Source: Desulfobacterales bacterium
GTDB taxonomy: Bacteria > Desulfobacterota > Desulfobacteria > Desulfobacterales > JAHEIW01
DNA length: 64,000 nt
Direction: 5' to 3'
Assembly: GCA_050116835.1 (NCBI GenBank)
Contig: JASFNW010000005.1
Coordinates: 4,037-68,036, forward strand
The notes under the pieces were generated by a model. The model did no database searches. It was not told the origin of the DNA and was given only the letters and a program-made list of their open reading frames with translations. Of this stretch, positions 26,900 to 38,466 are shown piece by piece. Position 1 is the stretch's first letter; the number at the start of each line of letters is the position of its first letter. Position numbers and translations under genes: made by a program.

Positions 26900-27382
26900 A
26901 TGCAGATTATGGACGCCCGAAAAACGATTCAGCTTGTAGTTGTCGGACTCATCGTGGTAATGCTTATTGCAGTCGGCGGTTGCGCAGCAACTCAAAAGGA
27001 TAAGAGCGCTACGGCACCTTCAGCCCAGGGCAGCTCCGGGGTTCCGGCTTTGTACTATGATTTTGGCGATGTTTTGGTTCCCAAGGAGCTCAAGGTTGAT
27101 AAAAAATCTTCTTTTGTTTATCAAAGCGGGGGATTTTCTGCCGGTGTTCTGGTTTTAAAGGGCCGGATTGACAGCAGCTCTCTGATTTCATTTTTTGAAA
27201 GAAACATGGCTCAGGATAATTGGCAGATGATCAGCTCATTTAAATCCGATCGGACCATGTTGCTGTTTCAAAAAGCCCGTCGCTGGTGCGTAATGAATAT
27301 CAATGATGAAATGTTTAGTACCTATGTCGAAATCTGGGTGGCTCCGACAACCCAGGACGGTGAAGCCGGCTTGTTGAAATAG
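26900..27382 (+). CDS. Lipoprotein (hypothetical)
   Basis: It has a signal sequence ending in the lipobox IAVGGC and an AAGGAGGA RBS. Confidence 0.6.
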   Translation: MQIMDARKTIQLVVVGLIVVMLIAVGGCAATQKDKSATAPSAQGSSGVPALYYDFGDVLVPKELKVDKKSSFVYQSGGFSAGVLVLKGRIDSSSLISFFERNMAQDNWQMISSFKSDRTMLLFQKARRWCVMNINDEMFSTYVEIWVAPTTQDGEAGLLK

Positions 27383-27462
27383 CAAATGGATCATCTGTCC
27401 TAAAACTTCAGGCCCAGCAAGGCGGTTGAAGATGGCAGGCCTTTGCGGAAAAAAATGCAATC

Positions 27463-28680
27463 ATGACGACCGTATCCCTTCAAAACAAAAATATTATGCT
27501 AGGTGTCAGCGGCGGCATTGCGGCTTACAAAAGCGTGGAGATTCTCAGACGTTTGACTCAGGCCGGCGCCAGCGTGCGAGTGATAATGACCCGAAGTGCC
27601 CAGTGGTTTGTGGGGGCGTTAACCTTTGAAGCGCTTTCGCGTCAACCGGTTTTCAAAGATATGTTTGTCGATGACCATGAGGCTTCGATCCGGCACATTG
27701 ATTGGGCTCAGGCCACCGACGGTGTCATTATTGCACCGGCTACCGCCAATACGATTGGCAAACTGGCCCATGGTATAGCCGATGACCCCCTGAGTACCTT
27801 TATGCTGGCCGTAACGGCTCCGGTTTTGATTTGCCCGTCGATGAATAGCCAAATGTACGCAAGCAAAGCGGTTCAACGAAATCTTGACACGCTCAGGTCT
27901 GATGGATATTTTGTGTTGGATCCCGGATCCGGCGAGTTGGCTTGCGGCACCACCGGCCCGGGAAGACTCCCCGAACCAGACGTCATTCTTGAACGATTTC
28001 TCAGTTGCTTTGCACCCAGTGACCTGGCCGGAAAGAAAATTGTTGTCACCGCCGGCCCCACTGTCGAACCCATCGATCCGGTCAGATTTATCAGCAATCC
28101 TTCATCCGGCAAGATGGGTTACGCCATTGCCAGGGCTGCAGCGCAGCGGGGTGCTGACGTTGTCCTCGTTACCGGCCCCACGCATCTGCCTGACCCGGCA
28201 AATGTGAACATGATACGGATTCGAACAACTGACGAAATGGCTGAGGCTGTATTTAACGAATTTGAAAATGCAGATGTGGTCATCAAAGCGGCTGCCGTAT
28301 CCGATTATAGACCGCGGGCAAGTGCCGATCATAAAATAAAAAAAGGCAAAAGCGAGTGGGTTTTGCCGCTCAAACAGAACCCGGATATTCTGCGGGATCT
28401 CGGTTGCCGAAAGACACACCAGGGGCTGGTTGGATTTGCGGCCGAAACCAGAGACCTGGAACAAAATGCCACTCAAAAACTGACTGAAAAAAACCTGGAT
28501 ATCATTGTCGGCAACCTGGTGGGGTCTTCACATTCCGGTTTTGAATCCGATACGAACACAGTGACTTTTTTCTTTGCAGACGGTACCAAAGAAGTACTAC
28601 CACCGATGGAAAAACAGGCGGTTGCGCATATCCTACTGGATCGGATCATTGAAAAAGTGCTGCGTTCCGCAATTAAATAA
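27463..28680 (+). CDS. coaBC: Bifunctional phosphopantothenoylcysteine decarboxylase / phosphopantothenate-cysteine ligase
   Basis: It carries LGVSGGIAAYK...APATANTIGKLAHGIADD...TAGPT.EPIDPVRFISNPSSGKMG. Confidence 0.9.
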   Translation: MTTVSLQNKNIMLGVSGGIAAYKSVEILRRLTQAGASVRVIMTRSAQWFVGALTFEALSRQPVFKDMFVDDHEASIRHIDWAQATDGVIIAPATANTIGKLAHGIADDPLSTFMLAVTAPVLICPSMNSQMYASKAVQRNLDTLRSDGYFVLDPGSGELACGTTGPGRLPEPDVILERFLSCFAPSDLAGKKIVVTAGPTVEPIDPVRFISNPSSGKMGYAIARAAAQRGADVVLVTGPTHLPDPANVNMIRIRTTDEMAEAVFNEFENADVVIKAAAVSDYRPRASADHKIKKGKSEWVLPLKQNPDILRDLGCRKTHQGLVGFAAETRDLEQNATQKLTEKNLDIIVGNLVGSSHSGFESDTNTVTFFFADGTKEVLPPMEKQAVAHILLDRIIEKVLRSAIK

Positions 28681-28712
28681 ATGGTTCTGAAAACGATTCG
28701 CTCTAGGTTGTC

Positions 28713-29414
28713 GTGGTCTCGAGATCTCAAATAATTGAATCGATCGATGCCTTAAGCCATTGCCTCGAGCGTCTGTCCCGAAACGGACGTCGTGGTTTTG
28801 ATTGCCATCCTGACAGCCTTGCAAAATTGTCCACCTGGGGTATGGCATCGCAAAAGCGTCTTGAAACCCTGACGGATATTCGCGAGGTATTGGGCGATTG
28901 TCAGCGTTGCAGACTGGCGCAGCATCGCCGCAATATTGTCTTTGGTTCCGGCAGTGCTGCGGCAAAGCTGGTATTTGTGGGCGAGGGGCCGGGTTTTGAC
29001 GAAGATCGACAGGCCGAGCCGTTTGTCGGGCCGGCCGGGCAGCTGCTGACCAAAATCATCGGTGCCATAAATCTGAGCCGCAACCAAGTTTACATTAGCA
29101 ACATCGTTAAGTGCCGCCCACCCAACAATCGCAACCCGCGACCCGATGAGATCCAGACCTGCTTTCCTTTTCTGGACCGCCAGCTGGACGCCATCCAGCC
29201 GATTTTTATCTGTGCACTCGGATCGATTGCGGCTCAAACGCTTTTGAATACGCCCGAACCGATATCCAAACTGAGAGGCCGATTTTACGATTACCGGGGT
29301 ATAAGACTGCTTCCAACCTACCACCCGGCTTATTTACTTCGGAATGCCGAAAAAAAAAGGGAGGTGTGGGAAGACATGAAAATGCTGATGAAGGAATATC
29401 CATATGAAAGCTAA
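28713..29414 (+). CDS. Uracil-DNA glycosylase, family 4
   Basis: It carries CQRCRL...VFVGEGPGFDEDRQAEPFVGPAGQLL...YHPAYLLRN. It has a GTG start. Confidence 0.85.
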   Translation: MVSRSQIIESIDALSHCLERLSRNGRRGFDCHPDSLAKLSTWGMASQKRLETLTDIREVLGDCQRCRLAQHRRNIVFGSGSAAAKLVFVGEGPGFDEDRQAEPFVGPAGQLLTKIIGAINLSRNQVYISNIVKCRPPNNRNPRPDEIQTCFPFLDRQLDAIQPIFICALGSIAAQTLLNTPEPISKLRGRFYDYRGIRLLPTYHPAYLLRNAEKKREVWEDMKMLMKEYPYES

Positions 29415-30699
29415 ATCGACGATCGTCATCATGATATCTTTATTTGGGTTGCTGTTTGCAAGCGGCGCCTGGGCGGCAAAGGGTGACGTTTATGTTGCCG
29501 TCATCAATGATGCCATTAGCCCGGGGATAGCGGAATATATTAAAAACAGCATCGAGCGGGCTGAAAAAGAAGAAGCGGCCTGCCTGATCATAGAGATGGA
29601 TACTCCCGGTGGTCTGGCTGAATCCATGCGGTTGATCATCAAAGACATCCTGGGCAGCAGTGTGCCGATTGTGGTTTTCGTGTCACCGCGAGGTGCCCGC
29701 GCTGCATCAGCCGGTGTGATGATTACGATGGCCGCCGACGTGGCGGCGATGGCTCCCGGGACGAACATCGGCGCGGCGCATCCGGTCGGGGCAGGGGGCA
29801 AGGATATCAGCGGAAAAATGTCGGAAAAGGTGATCAATGATATGGTGGCGCATGCCAAAAGTGTCGCCGAAAAGCGCGGGCGCAATCAAGAATGGGTGGA
29901 ACAGGCCATTCGAGAAAGTGTTTCTGTCACCGAAACCGAGGCCCTCAAGGAAAACATCATCGATTTGATTGCCGATGACACCGACGATCTTATCCGGCAG
30001 CTCAATGGCCGGCAGATTGCCGGCAAAGGCGAATTGAAACTGGATGAGGCCCAGAAGGTCATCGTCGAACCCTCGCTGCGAACCAATATTTTAAAGACCA
30101 TCAGCAATCCCAATATTGCTTATATTTTGCTGATGATCGGATTGGCCGGCCTTTATTTTGAGCTATCCCATCCGGGTGCCATTTTTCCCGGTGTGATCGG
30201 CGGGATATCGCTGATTCTGGCTTTTTTTGCGTTGCAAACCCTGCCGGTTAATTATGCCGGTATCCTGCTGATTATTCTGGCCATCGTATTATTCATTATG
30301 GAGATGAAAATTCCCAGCTACGGACTGCTAAGCGTGGCCGGTGTGCTTTCACTGCTGCTGGGTTCGCTGATGATGTTCAAAGGCGAAGGTCCGGATATGA
30401 GATTGTCTTTGAAGGTTCTGTTGCCGACCCTCATATTAATATCGGGCTTTTTTGTTTTTGTGGCCGGGCTGGTATTTCGGGCCCAGATATCCAAGCCCAA
30501 GACCGGCACCAAAGGCCTGGTCGGTGAAATTGGCATTGTTAGAAAAGCCCTGAAACCCGAGGGCAAGGTCTTTGTTCATGGGGAATTATGGAATGCCCGA
30601 GCGAAAGAAGAAATAGATGAAAATCGTAAAGTGCGGGTGATCAACGTGGTCAATTTGATGCTGGAAGTCGAACTGGCGGATGAATCTTCCAGCGCTTAG
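29404..30699 (+). CDS. NfeD-family membrane-bound ClpP-class serine protease
   Basis: It has an N-terminal ClpP-like domain (DTPGGLAES...GARAASAG), multiple TM helices and a C-terminal OB-like NfeD domain. Confidence 0.85.
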   Translation: MKAKSTIVIMISLFGLLFASGAWAAKGDVYVAVINDAISPGIAEYIKNSIERAEKEEAACLIIEMDTPGGLAESMRLIIKDILGSSVPIVVFVSPRGARAASAGVMITMAADVAAMAPGTNIGAAHPVGAGGKDISGKMSEKVINDMVAHAKSVAEKRGRNQEWVEQAIRESVSVTETEALKENIIDLIADDTDDLIRQLNGRQIAGKGELKLDEAQKVIVEPSLRTNILKTISNPNIAYILLMIGLAGLYFELSHPGAIFPGVIGGISLILAFFALQTLPVNYAGILLIILAIVLFIMEMKIPSYGLLSVAGVLSLLLGSLMMFKGEGPDMRLSLKVLLPTLILISGFFVFVAGLVFRAQISKPKTGTKGLVGEIGIVRKALKPEGKVFVHGELWNARAKEEIDENRKVRVINVVNLMLEVELADESSSA

Positions 30700-30821
30700 T
30701 GCGCCACGCGCTGCTTGTCTTTATCAATATTTTGATCCATTTGAGGTTGTCATCCTTTAGTGCGAGGGCATGCCGACCTTGCCGCCATCAACCCCCACCG
30801 CCAACAAAAAAGGAGGAAAGC

Positions 30822-31586
30822 ATGAGTCTTTTTACCCCAGTTGCCATTCTTGTACTGGTCATCTTTTTTCTATCGGCAGCGTTGCGGATTCTGAACGAAT
30901 ATGAGCGCGGCGTAATATTCAGGCTGGGGCGTGTCATCGCTGCCAAAGGGCCGGGGCTCATCATTTTGATTCCGCTGATTGACAAAATGGTCAAGGTCAG
31001 CCTGCGTCTGGTTGCCATGGATGTGGATCCGCAAGATGTGATCACCCGAGACAATGTCTCGGTTAAGGTCAATGCTGTTATCTATTTCAGAGTGATCGAG
31101 CCCATCAAGGCGATTGTGGAAGTCGAAAATTACAGCTATGCCATGTCGCAACTGGCTCAAACCACTCTGAGAAGTGTCTGCGGTCAGTCCGAGCTGGACG
31201 AATTGCTGTCCGAACGGGAGAAAATTAATACCGAATTACAGGAAATATTGGATACCCACACGGATCCGTGGGGCATTAAAGTCGCTACCGTTGAACTTAA
31301 ACACATCGATCTGCCCAGCGAAATGCAGCGGGCGATTGCGCGCCAGGCGGAGGCCGAGCGGGAAAGACGTGCCAAAGTGATTAATGCCGAGGGTGAATAT
31401 CAGGCTGCCACCAAATTGGCAGAGGCGTCCGAGATCATCGAAAAACACCCGACGGCCTTGCAACTGCGGTATCTGCAAACCGTGAATGAAATGTCAACCG
31501 AAAGTAATTCAACGACGATCTTTCCCATTCCCATCGAGCTTTTCAAGCCCTTTTTGCGCTTGGCCGAAAGGGCGGATAAAGAATAA
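30822..31586 (+). CDS. SPFH/band-7 (stomatin-like) protein
   Basis: It carries [16 protein letters not shown]...[17 protein letters not shown]...LAQTTLR. An AGGAGGAAAG RBS precedes the start. The ORF-track start at 30699 was rejected. Confidence 0.9.
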   Translation: MSLFTPVAILVLVIFFLSAALRILNEYERGVIFRLGRVIAAKGPGLIILIPLIDKMVKVSLRLVAMDVDPQDVITRDNVSVKVNAVIYFRVIEPIKAIVEVENYSYAMSQLAQTTLRSVCGQSELDELLSEREKINTELQEILDTHTDPWGIKVATVELKHIDLPSEMQRAIARQAEAERERRAKVINAEGEYQAATKLAEASEIIEKHPTALQLRYLQTVNEMSTESNSTTIFPIPIELFKPFLRLAERADKE

Positions 31587-31675
31587 ATGATTGAACTTAT
31601 CGGCCGAATTTGATACTAGGCATTCTTAAATTTGATGACCCAATTTGGAACATTGATTATACCTGCGTAAAAACA

Positions 31676-31709
31676 GGCGGGGGCTTTGCAGCCTCCGCTT
31701 GTATTTTCA
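31676..31709 (+). terminator. Intrinsic terminator after the nfeD-SPFH pair
   Basis: The stem GGCGGGGGCU-UUGC-AGCCUCCGCU is 10 bp with two G:U pairs. It is followed by UGUAUUUU. Confidence 0.5.
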
Positions 31710-31736
31710 AACGATGAAATAAGGAGATACAGACAA

Positions 31737-32234
31737 ATGAGTGAGAACGCTGAAGAAAAGAGCCAAAAACCCGTCAAAGCCGCCGACGTCAGCGATGAAG
31801 CGCAAGCGGCGACTGCAAAAGTAGACAATACCGCTGAGCAAACGCAGGAGAATGCCGAGCCTGCCGAAGAAGCGGTTGAAGCGTCAGATGAAAAGCCAGC
31901 CAAGGCGCGCCCAAAGCCATCGCCAACCACAGATAAACCGCTGGAAAAGATGACGGTCAAAGATCTGCGCGAGATCGCCAAAGACATACCGGGGATGACC
32001 GGTGTGCATGCCATGAAAAAAGACGAATTGATATCCGCAATCAAAGACGCCAAGGGTATCGAAGATAAACCGGTGAAAACAGCCAGCGGCAGTGTGCGAG
32101 AATTGAAGCTAAAAATAAGGGCCTTGAAGGCTGAACGGCAGGCTGCGCTCGAGGCCAAAGATAAGAAAAAGGCTGCTATTTTCAGGCGACGCATTTCCAG
32201 ATTAAAAAAGAAAACCCGAAAGATCGTCGCCTAG
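31737..32234 (+). CDS. Rho-N/SAP-like domain protein with charged low-complexity flanks
   Basis: MTVKDLREIAKDIPGMTGVHAMKKDELISAIKD resembles the Rho N-terminal helical motif. It has a Lys/Arg tail and an AAGGAGA RBS. Confidence 0.55.
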   Translation: MSENAEEKSQKPVKAADVSDEAQAATAKVDNTAEQTQENAEPAEEAVEASDEKPAKARPKPSPTTDKPLEKMTVKDLREIAKDIPGMTGVHAMKKDELISAIKDAKGIEDKPVKTASGSVRELKLKIRALKAERQAALEAKDKKKAAIFRRRISRLKKKTRKIVA

Positions 32235-32370
32235 CGTCGACGTTATTTATTATGCGTTAACCGTTCACAAAGATCGCCTGACATTCAGAACGCCTGCACG
32301 GTGGATTAAGCCAATTCCACGATGAATTGAAACTATGGCTGGGCTTTTAAATCTGTTCATCATCAATCCA

Positions 32371-32396
32371 ATAACCAATAACCATTAACGATTAAG
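32371..32396. repeat. Phased ATAAC-type units (period 7) abutting the start codon at 32398
   Basis: The sequence reads ataac caataac cattaac gattaag, with unit starts at 32371, 32378, 32385 and 32392. Confidence 0.7.
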
Positions 32397-32397
32397 C

Positions 32398-32970
32398 ATG
32401 AAAATCGATCCAGCTTCAGTTGCTTTTGATATTGATGGCGTTGTGGCCGATACGATGACACTTTTTCTGGATATCGCCCGGCAGGAGCATAATATCAATA
32501 GCATCACTTATGCAGACATCACCTGTTATAATCTGGCAGACTGTCTTGATATCGAACCGAAGACAATCGATGCGGTCGTCACCCGTATTTTGGATGGGAA
32601 CTACAAAGCGACTTTAAATCCAATTGCAGGAGCCGCAGACGTTTTGTTTCAGCTCGGAAGTCGATTTGGACCGATTGTGTTTGTAACGGCTCGCCCCTAT
32701 GCGGGTCCCCTGGGAAAGTGGATCAACCAAGCGCTGCATCTTGATCCGGCCTTGATCGAGGTTATTACCACGGGTTCGCATGAGGCCAAAACCAGCATTT
32801 TACAGCAGCGTCAAATTCAATACTTTGTCGACGATCGACTCGATACCTGTTTTCTGCTTGAGGCGGCTGGTATCCAACCGATTCTTTTTAAACAGCCCTG
32901 GAATCGCGAGCCCCACAGCTTTTTCGAAGTAGGTTCCTGGTTTGAGATAAAGAAACTTCTTGCACTTTAG
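32398..32970 (+). CDS. HAD-superfamily hydrolase (nucleotidase-like)
   Basis: The N-terminal motif FDIDGVVADT is the DxD motif. Confidence 0.6.
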   Translation: MKIDPASVAFDIDGVVADTMTLFLDIARQEHNINSITYADITCYNLADCLDIEPKTIDAVVTRILDGNYKATLNPIAGAADVLFQLGSRFGPIVFVTARPYAGPLGKWINQALHLDPALIEVITTGSHEAKTSILQQRQIQYFVDDRLDTCFLLEAAGIQPILFKQPWNREPHSFFEVGSWFEIKKLLAL

Positions 32971-32983
32971 AAAAAAGATCCGT

Positions 32984-33919
32984 ATGGAATCCCATCCGGC
33001 AAATCCGCTGGTCGAGTCGTTTTTAGAGTCCCTTTTCACCGAAAAGGGATATTCAGATCATACCTGCCGCGCCTACCGCAAGGATCTCAACGATTTCCTC
33101 GCTTTTGCGGCCGATTACCACCTACCCCGGAAAACTTCCCGGAAACGCCTGACTACAGTCAGATTAGAGCAGATCGATGGATTAACGATCAGAGGATATC
33201 TGGGTTTTTTGCATCGCAAGAACAAAAAAACAACTGTTGCCCGCAAGCTTTCAGCCATTCGATCATTTTTCAAGTATTTGGAAAAAAGGGGGCATATTTC
33301 CGAAAACCCGGCCCAGCATGTCATCACACCCAAACAGGATAAAACCATACCGGTTTATCTTTCGGTCGATGAGATGTTTCGTCTGCTGGACTCGATTCAG
33401 ACAGATACAGTGCTGGATCTAAGGAATCGAGCCATTTTTGAAACCCTTTACTCCAGTGGGATTCGTGTTTCCGAGCTAACCCAGATGAATGTGTCGGATG
33501 TGGATTTTGAAGCCGCCGTGATCCGGGTGCATGGCAAGGGCAACCAGCAGCGAATGGTTCCTCTGGGGCAGAAGGCGTTAACCGTCATGGAGGCCTATCG
33601 CGATCGGCTGCAAAAAAAATATGGTCAGCAAGCCACAGCTGGCGGGCCTTTATTTTTAAACCGCTATAATAAACGCCTGTCCTCACGCTCGGTTGCCAGA
33701 ATTTTAAAACAGCTGGTCGCTGCGGTGGGGCTCTTGACACCGGTGTCCCCCCATGCACTGCGACATACCTTTGCCACCCATATGCTGGATGCGGGAGCAG
33801 ATTTGCGTGCCGTACAGGAATTATTAGGACACAAAAGCCTTTCAACGACCCAGAAATATACACATGTCAGTATTGATCATTTGATGGAAACCTATGACAA
33901 GGCACATCCAAGGAAGTAA
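32984..33919 (+). CDS. xerC: Site-specific tyrosine recombinase XerC/XerD
   Basis: It carries NRAIFETLYSSGIRVSEL...HALRHTFATHMLDAGADLRAVQELLGHKSLSTTQKYTHV. The xerC-hslVU synteny is classic. Confidence 0.8.
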   Translation: MESHPANPLVESFLESLFTEKGYSDHTCRAYRKDLNDFLAFAADYHLPRKTSRKRLTTVRLEQIDGLTIRGYLGFLHRKNKKTTVARKLSAIRSFFKYLEKRGHISENPAQHVITPKQDKTIPVYLSVDEMFRLLDSIQTDTVLDLRNRAIFETLYSSGIRVSELTQMNVSDVDFEAAVIRVHGKGNQQRMVPLGQKALTVMEAYRDRLQKKYGQQATAGGPLFLNRYNKRLSSRSVARILKQLVAAVGLLTPVSPHALRHTFATHMLDAGADLRAVQELLGHKSLSTTQKYTHVSIDHLMETYDKAHPRK

Positions 33920-34075
33920 TAGGTTGGTGCCTGAGGCAGGTTTGATAAAAAGTGTGGAAAAATAGTAAAACTTGGATCATAATGGATTGCGATGACAGAG
34001 CTTGATCAACAGACGGTGGCGTGTCTGGGGTAAACCTGTGGCGTTATTTTAGTGATCCGAACGAAGGGGTGTAAG

Positions 34076-34606
34076 ATGGGCATGCACGGAACCACCATTT
34101 TGGCGGTCAAACACAATGGCAAAGCAGTGGTTGCCGGTGACGGTCAGGTGACGCTGAACAACAATATCATCAAACATCAGGCAAAAAAAGTCAGAAGGAT
34201 TTACCAGCAAAAAATTATTGTCGGATTTGCCGGTGCCACAGCGGATGCGCTGAATCTCTCCGAGCGTCTGGAACACAAACTCGAGCAGTACAATGGCAAC
34301 CTGACCCGCGCAGCTGTTGAATTGGCCCGCGACTGGCGGACCGATAAGTATTTGAGACGACTTGAAGCGCTCATGGTTGCCGTGGATGCGAAACAAATGT
34401 ATCTGATTTCCGGAAATGGTGATGTGATTGAACCGGATCAACCCATAATTGGCATTGGATCCGGCGGCGTGGCCGCACAGGCCGCGGCACTGGCGCTTGC
34501 CGGGCATACGCAAATCAGCGCTCGTGAGATTGTCCAAGAGGCCATGAAGATTGCAGCATCTATTTGTGTGTTTACCAACGCGCATATTGTGATAGAGGAA
34601 CTCTAA
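34076..34606 (+). CDS. hslV: ATP-dependent protease subunit HslV
   Basis: It carries HGTTILAVKHNGK...GDGQVT...GFAGATADA. Confidence 0.9.
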   Translation: MGMHGTTILAVKHNGKAVVAGDGQVTLNNNIIKHQAKKVRRIYQQKIIVGFAGATADALNLSERLEHKLEQYNGNLTRAAVELARDWRTDKYLRRLEALMVAVDAKQMYLISGNGDVIEPDQPIIGIGSGGVAAQAAALALAGHTQISAREIVQEAMKIAASICVFTNAHIVIEEL

Positions 34607-35980
34607 ATGAACCCATTGAAACCTTCTGAGGTCGTCGCAGAACTGGATAAATATATTATCGGCCAGGACAAAGCCAAACGCTCGGTCGCGATTGCTTTAC
34701 GCAATCGGTGGCGTCGGCAGCAGGTCCCTGAAGAGTTGCGCGATGAAATTGCCCCCAAAAATATTATTATGATCGGCCCCACCGGTGTCGGCAAAACCGA
34801 AATCGCCAGGCGCTTGTCCCTTTTGACGGATTCGCCCTTTTCAAAGGTGGAAGCGTCCAAATTTACCGAAGTGGGTTATGTCGGGCGCGATGTTGAGTCC
34901 ATGGTCAGAGATTTGCTCGAATTAACGATCAACACCCTTAAGTCACGGGAGCAAGAAGCCGTTAAAGATAAAGCCTGGCAGGCTGCTGAAGAACGAATGC
35001 TGGATCTATTGTTGCCCAAATCGGGCAAGGCGGCACCTGCGCGAACCGAGGATACCAAAGAAGTTCAGTTTGAACTGGTCACCTCTTCAAATGAGGAATC
35101 ATCGTCAACTCGGGAAAAGCTGCGAGACATGTTGCGGCGCGGTAAACTGAAGAATCGCTTTGTCGACCTGGATGTGACCGATCGCAGCGGTCCCATGGTT
35201 GAGATTTTTTCAAATGTCGGCATGGAGGAGATGGGCATTAACTTTAAAGACATGCTGGGCGGGATGTTTCCCAAAGCCACCAAACGGCGGAAAGTCAAGG
35301 TGCCCGAGGCACTGGACATATTGGCTCAGGAGGAAGCCCAGGGGCTAGTGGACATGGATAAAGTCGTTAAGCAAGCCATTCAAAAAGTTGAACAGTCGGG
35401 GATCATTTTTTTGGATGAGATTGATAAAATTGCCGGGCGCAGCAGCAGCCAGGGACCGGATGTTTCCCGGGAAGGGGTTCAGAGAGATTTGCTGCCGATT
35501 GTTGAAGGTTCCACCGTGACGACAAAATACGGACCGGTAAAAACCGATCATATTTTGTTTGTCGCTTCCGGTGCATTCCACACCGTTAAACCTTCCGACT
35601 TGATTCCCGAGCTGCAAGGCCGCTTTCCGATTCGCGTTGAGCTCGATGCCCTTGGCGAAAAGGAGTTTGTCAGGATTTTAACGGAACCCAAAAATGCGCT
35701 TTTGCTCCAGTATGTCGCTTTATTAAAGACCGAAGGCGTTGACGTTGCCTTTGAAGACGATGCGGTTGAAACCATTGCCAGGATTGCCGAAGAGGTTAAT
35801 AATCGGACAGAGAATATCGGCGCTCGCAGACTGCAGACCATCATGGAGCGGCTGCTGGAAGACATTCTTTTCCAGGCACCGGATCTGCCCCGTCGGCAAA
35901 TTGTGATCGACAAAGATGAGGTGGAAACCAAGCTAAAGGACATCAAAGACGATGAAGACCTGAGCCGGTATATTCTCTAG
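34607..35980 (+). CDS. hslU: ATP-dependent protease ATPase subunit HslU
   Basis: It carries [32 protein letters not shown]...[14 protein letters not shown]...[10 protein letters not shown]. Confidence 0.95.
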   Translation: MNPLKPSEVVAELDKYIIGQDKAKRSVAIALRNRWRRQQVPEELRDEIAPKNIIMIGPTGVGKTEIARRLSLLTDSPFSKVEASKFTEVGYVGRDVESMVRDLLELTINTLKSREQEAVKDKAWQAAEERMLDLLLPKSGKAAPARTEDTKEVQFELVTSSNEESSSTREKLRDMLRRGKLKNRFVDLDVTDRSGPMVEIFSNVGMEEMGINFKDMLGGMFPKATKRRKVKVPEALDILAQEEAQGLVDMDKVVKQAIQKVEQSGIIFLDEIDKIAGRSSSQGPDVSREGVQRDLLPIVEGSTVTTKYGPVKTDHILFVASGAFHTVKPSDLIPELQGRFPIRVELDALGEKEFVRILTEPKNALLLQYVALLKTEGVDVAFEDDAVETIARIAEEVNNRTENIGARRLQTIMERLLEDILFQAPDLPRRQIVIDKDEVETKLKDIKDDEDLSRYIL

Positions 35981-36172
35981 CACCGGATAAGCATCGTTTC
36001 GGGCGTTTTGACACTGAAGGGCACCGACAACGGATAGACAGGCAGAGCGCACAGCGCATCGGGAAAAGGGTTTCGGTTGGCAGAAATCCGATTTCGATTT
36101 TCCGGCACTTTGTGCCTGGCTGCATGCTCCAACCGCAGCCTGCGATGCGCGGTAATGTCAGCTGAACTCTAA

Positions 36173-36277
36173 TTTTATCGTCGTTGTCAAAAAAACCTTC
36201 CGATTGCAAAACGTTTTTTTGCGACAACACTTATACCGGTACCTTTTTGCGGACCATTTTAATGACAAGCGGTATAT
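36173..36277 (-). promoter_or_regulatory. Conserved ~105-nt structured element, copy 3 of 3 (orphan, antisense to the argB leader)
   Basis: The minus strand reads ATATACCGCTTGTCATTAAAATGGTCCGCAAAAAGGTACCGGTATAAGTGTTGTCGCAAAAAAACGTTTTGCAATCGGAAGGTTTTTTTGACAACGACGATAAAATT. Confidence 0.5.
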
Positions 36278-36293
36278 TTTAAATTGAGCGAAA

Positions 36294-37190
36294 ATGACAC
36301 AATCCCAAAATGATACCCATCCCAACGTCGCTGATATCCTCATCGAGGCACTGCCCTATATTCGGCGCTTTTACGGCATGACGATTGTGATCAAATACGG
36401 CGGCCATGCCATGGTCGATGAACAGCTCAAACTGGGTTTCGCCCGCGACATTACCTTATTGAAATTTATCGGCCTGAATCCGGTGGTGGTGCATGGCGGC
36501 GGACCCCAGATCAATTCGGTACTGGATCAGATGGGGATTCGGCCTCAATTTGTGCGCGGAATGCGCCTGACCGATGAACGCACCATGGACGTGGTTGAAA
36601 TGGTTTTGGGCGGCAAAGTCAACAAAGCAATCGTTCATCAGATCAATCAACAGGGCGGCAAAGCAATCGGCCTGAGCGGTAAAGACGGCGGCTTAATCCA
36701 AGCCGAAAAGCTTCAAATCGTTGATCAGCCGGACCGCAACAAGCCGTCAGAAATCATTGACCCGGGGTTGGTCGGAGAGGTAACCCACATCAATTCCGAT
36801 ATCATTGATAAGCTGACCCAGCAGGGTTTTATCCCCATTATTGCACCGGTGGGCGCCGGATCGGCCGGAGAAACCTTTAATATCAATGCGGATCTGGTAG
36901 CCAGTCGCATCGCAATGGCGCTTAAGGCCGGTCGTCTTGTTCTGCTGACGGATGTGGATGGCGTCCTGGACGCCGATGGCTCCCTGATCAGTTCAATAAA
37001 TGCGACTCAGATTAAAAAGATGATTGACGATCAAGGCATCTCCGGTGGTATGATTCCCAAAATCGAATTTGCCCTTGAAGCGATCGAAAATGGTGTTGAA
37101 AAAGTTCAGATCATCAACGGTGCCCAGCGACACTCCATTTTACTGGAATTATTTACTGACAGCGGGATCGGAACGGAGGTGATGGCATGA
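36294..37190 (+). CDS. argB: Acetylglutamate kinase
   Basis: It carries VIKYGGHAM...[10 protein letters not shown]. Confidence 0.9.
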   Translation: MTQSQNDTHPNVADILIEALPYIRRFYGMTIVIKYGGHAMVDEQLKLGFARDITLLKFIGLNPVVVHGGGPQINSVLDQMGIRPQFVRGMRLTDERTMDVVEMVLGGKVNKAIVHQINQQGGKAIGLSGKDGGLIQAEKLQIVDQPDRNKPSEIIDPGLVGEVTHINSDIIDKLTQQGFIPIIAPVGAGSAGETFNINADLVASRIAMALKAGRLVLLTDVDGVLDADGSLISSINATQIKKMIDDQGISGGMIPKIEFALEAIENGVEKVQIINGAQRHSILLELFTDSGIGTEVMA

Positions 37191-38374
37191 CCGCAGCACT
37201 GATGCAACGCGCTGATCAGGTGATAGCAGCCACCTATCAACGGTTTGCAGTTGCTTTTGAAAAGGGACAGGGCTGTCAACTCTGGGATACAGAGGGGCGA
37301 TCTTACACTGACTTTGTGGCCGGAATTGCCGTGTGTAATTTGGGCCACGCCCACCCGCGCATCAGTTCAGTGGTTTGTAGGCAGGTCGAGACGCTTCTGC
37401 ACGTATCCAATTTGTATTATACAATTCCGCAGGTGGATCTGGCGGCCTGGCTGGTGGACAACAGTTTTGCTGACCGTGTTTTTTTTGGAAACAGCGGTGC
37501 CGAAGCCAATGAGGCGGCCATAAAACTGGCAAGAAAATATTTCAAAGACCGCGGTGAAGCGGATCGGTTTCGAATTGTTACCATGGAGCGCTCGTTTCAT
37601 GGTCGGACGCTGGCGGCCCTCTCAGCCACGGGTCAGGAGAAAATTAGAAAGGGTTTTGATCCGATTTTAGATGGCTTTGATTTTGTGCCGTTCAATGATA
37701 TCGGGGCTCTACGTGACTGCATCGGCCCCGCCACAGCTGCTGTGATGCTTGAACCGATTCAGGGTGAAGGTGGTGTCCGTTGCCCGGATGAACATTATTT
37801 GAAAACGGTCAGACAAATTTGCGATCAGAGGGGCACGCTGCTCATATTCGATGAAATTCAGACCGGAATGGGACGGACCGGAACGCTTTTCGCCTATCAA
37901 CATTTTGGCATCGAACCGGATATCATGACGCTGGCCAAGGCATTGGCCAACGGTCTGCCCATCGGTGCAATGCTGGCTCGTGAATCCATCGCTACCGCTT
38001 TTGGTCACGGCGCGCACGCGTCGACTTTCGGTGGAACTCCCATTGTGACGGCCGCAGCCTTAGAAGTCTGCAAAATTCTGATGGACGACGGGATTATCGA
38101 AAATGGCATGGCGACCGGGGCGTATCTCAAAGAGCAACTGCTGGCCTTAAAAGATCGGTATGCCGTCATTGAAGACGTCCGTGGCAGAGGGCTGTTGCTG
38201 GGCATGAAACTTAAAATTGACGGTGCGCCGATCGTCAAGCAATGTATGCAAAATGGATTTTTAATTAATTGCATTCAGGATCGCATTTTAAGGTTTATTC
38301 CGCCGTTGATTATTTCCCGGGAAGAAATTGATCAGCTGATTGTGTGTCTCGACAAAGTTTTCGCTGACACGTGA
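37187..38374 (+). CDS. argD: Acetylornithine aminotransferase
   Basis: It is a class-III aminotransferase: [17 protein letters not shown]...[11 protein letters not shown]...TFGGTP. Confidence 0.9.
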   Translation: MTAALMQRADQVIAATYQRFAVAFEKGQGCQLWDTEGRSYTDFVAGIAVCNLGHAHPRISSVVCRQVETLLHVSNLYYTIPQVDLAAWLVDNSFADRVFFGNSGAEANEAAIKLARKYFKDRGEADRFRIVTMERSFHGRTLAALSATGQEKIRKGFDPILDGFDFVPFNDIGALRDCIGPATAAVMLEPIQGEGGVRCPDEHYLKTVRQICDQRGTLLIFDEIQTGMGRTGTLFAYQHFGIEPDIMTLAKALANGLPIGAMLARESIATAFGHGAHASTFGGTPIVTAAALEVCKILMDDGIIENGMATGAYLKEQLLALKDRYAVIEDVRGRGLLLGMKLKIDGAPIVKQCMQNGFLINCIQDRILRFIPPLIISREEIDQLIVCLDKVFADT

Positions 38375-38466
38375 TCTAGAATAGATGAAAATTTTTTAAT
38401 CCTTTCGGCGCCGCAGGCGCGTTTACCATTCAGCAAACGACGATAAAACGCTGAGGGAGTATTTGT

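Noticed and set aside
26687-26995. 102-aa minus-strand ORF between fcl and the lipoprotein gene
   Set aside because: It overlaps the start of the well-supported lipoprotein gene on the opposite strand and has no supporting signals.
31616-32194. 192-aa minus-strand ORF
   Set aside because: It is the antisense shadow of the Lys/Ala/Glu-rich Rho-N-like gene. It is Ala/Ser-rich and low-complexity, with no RBS.
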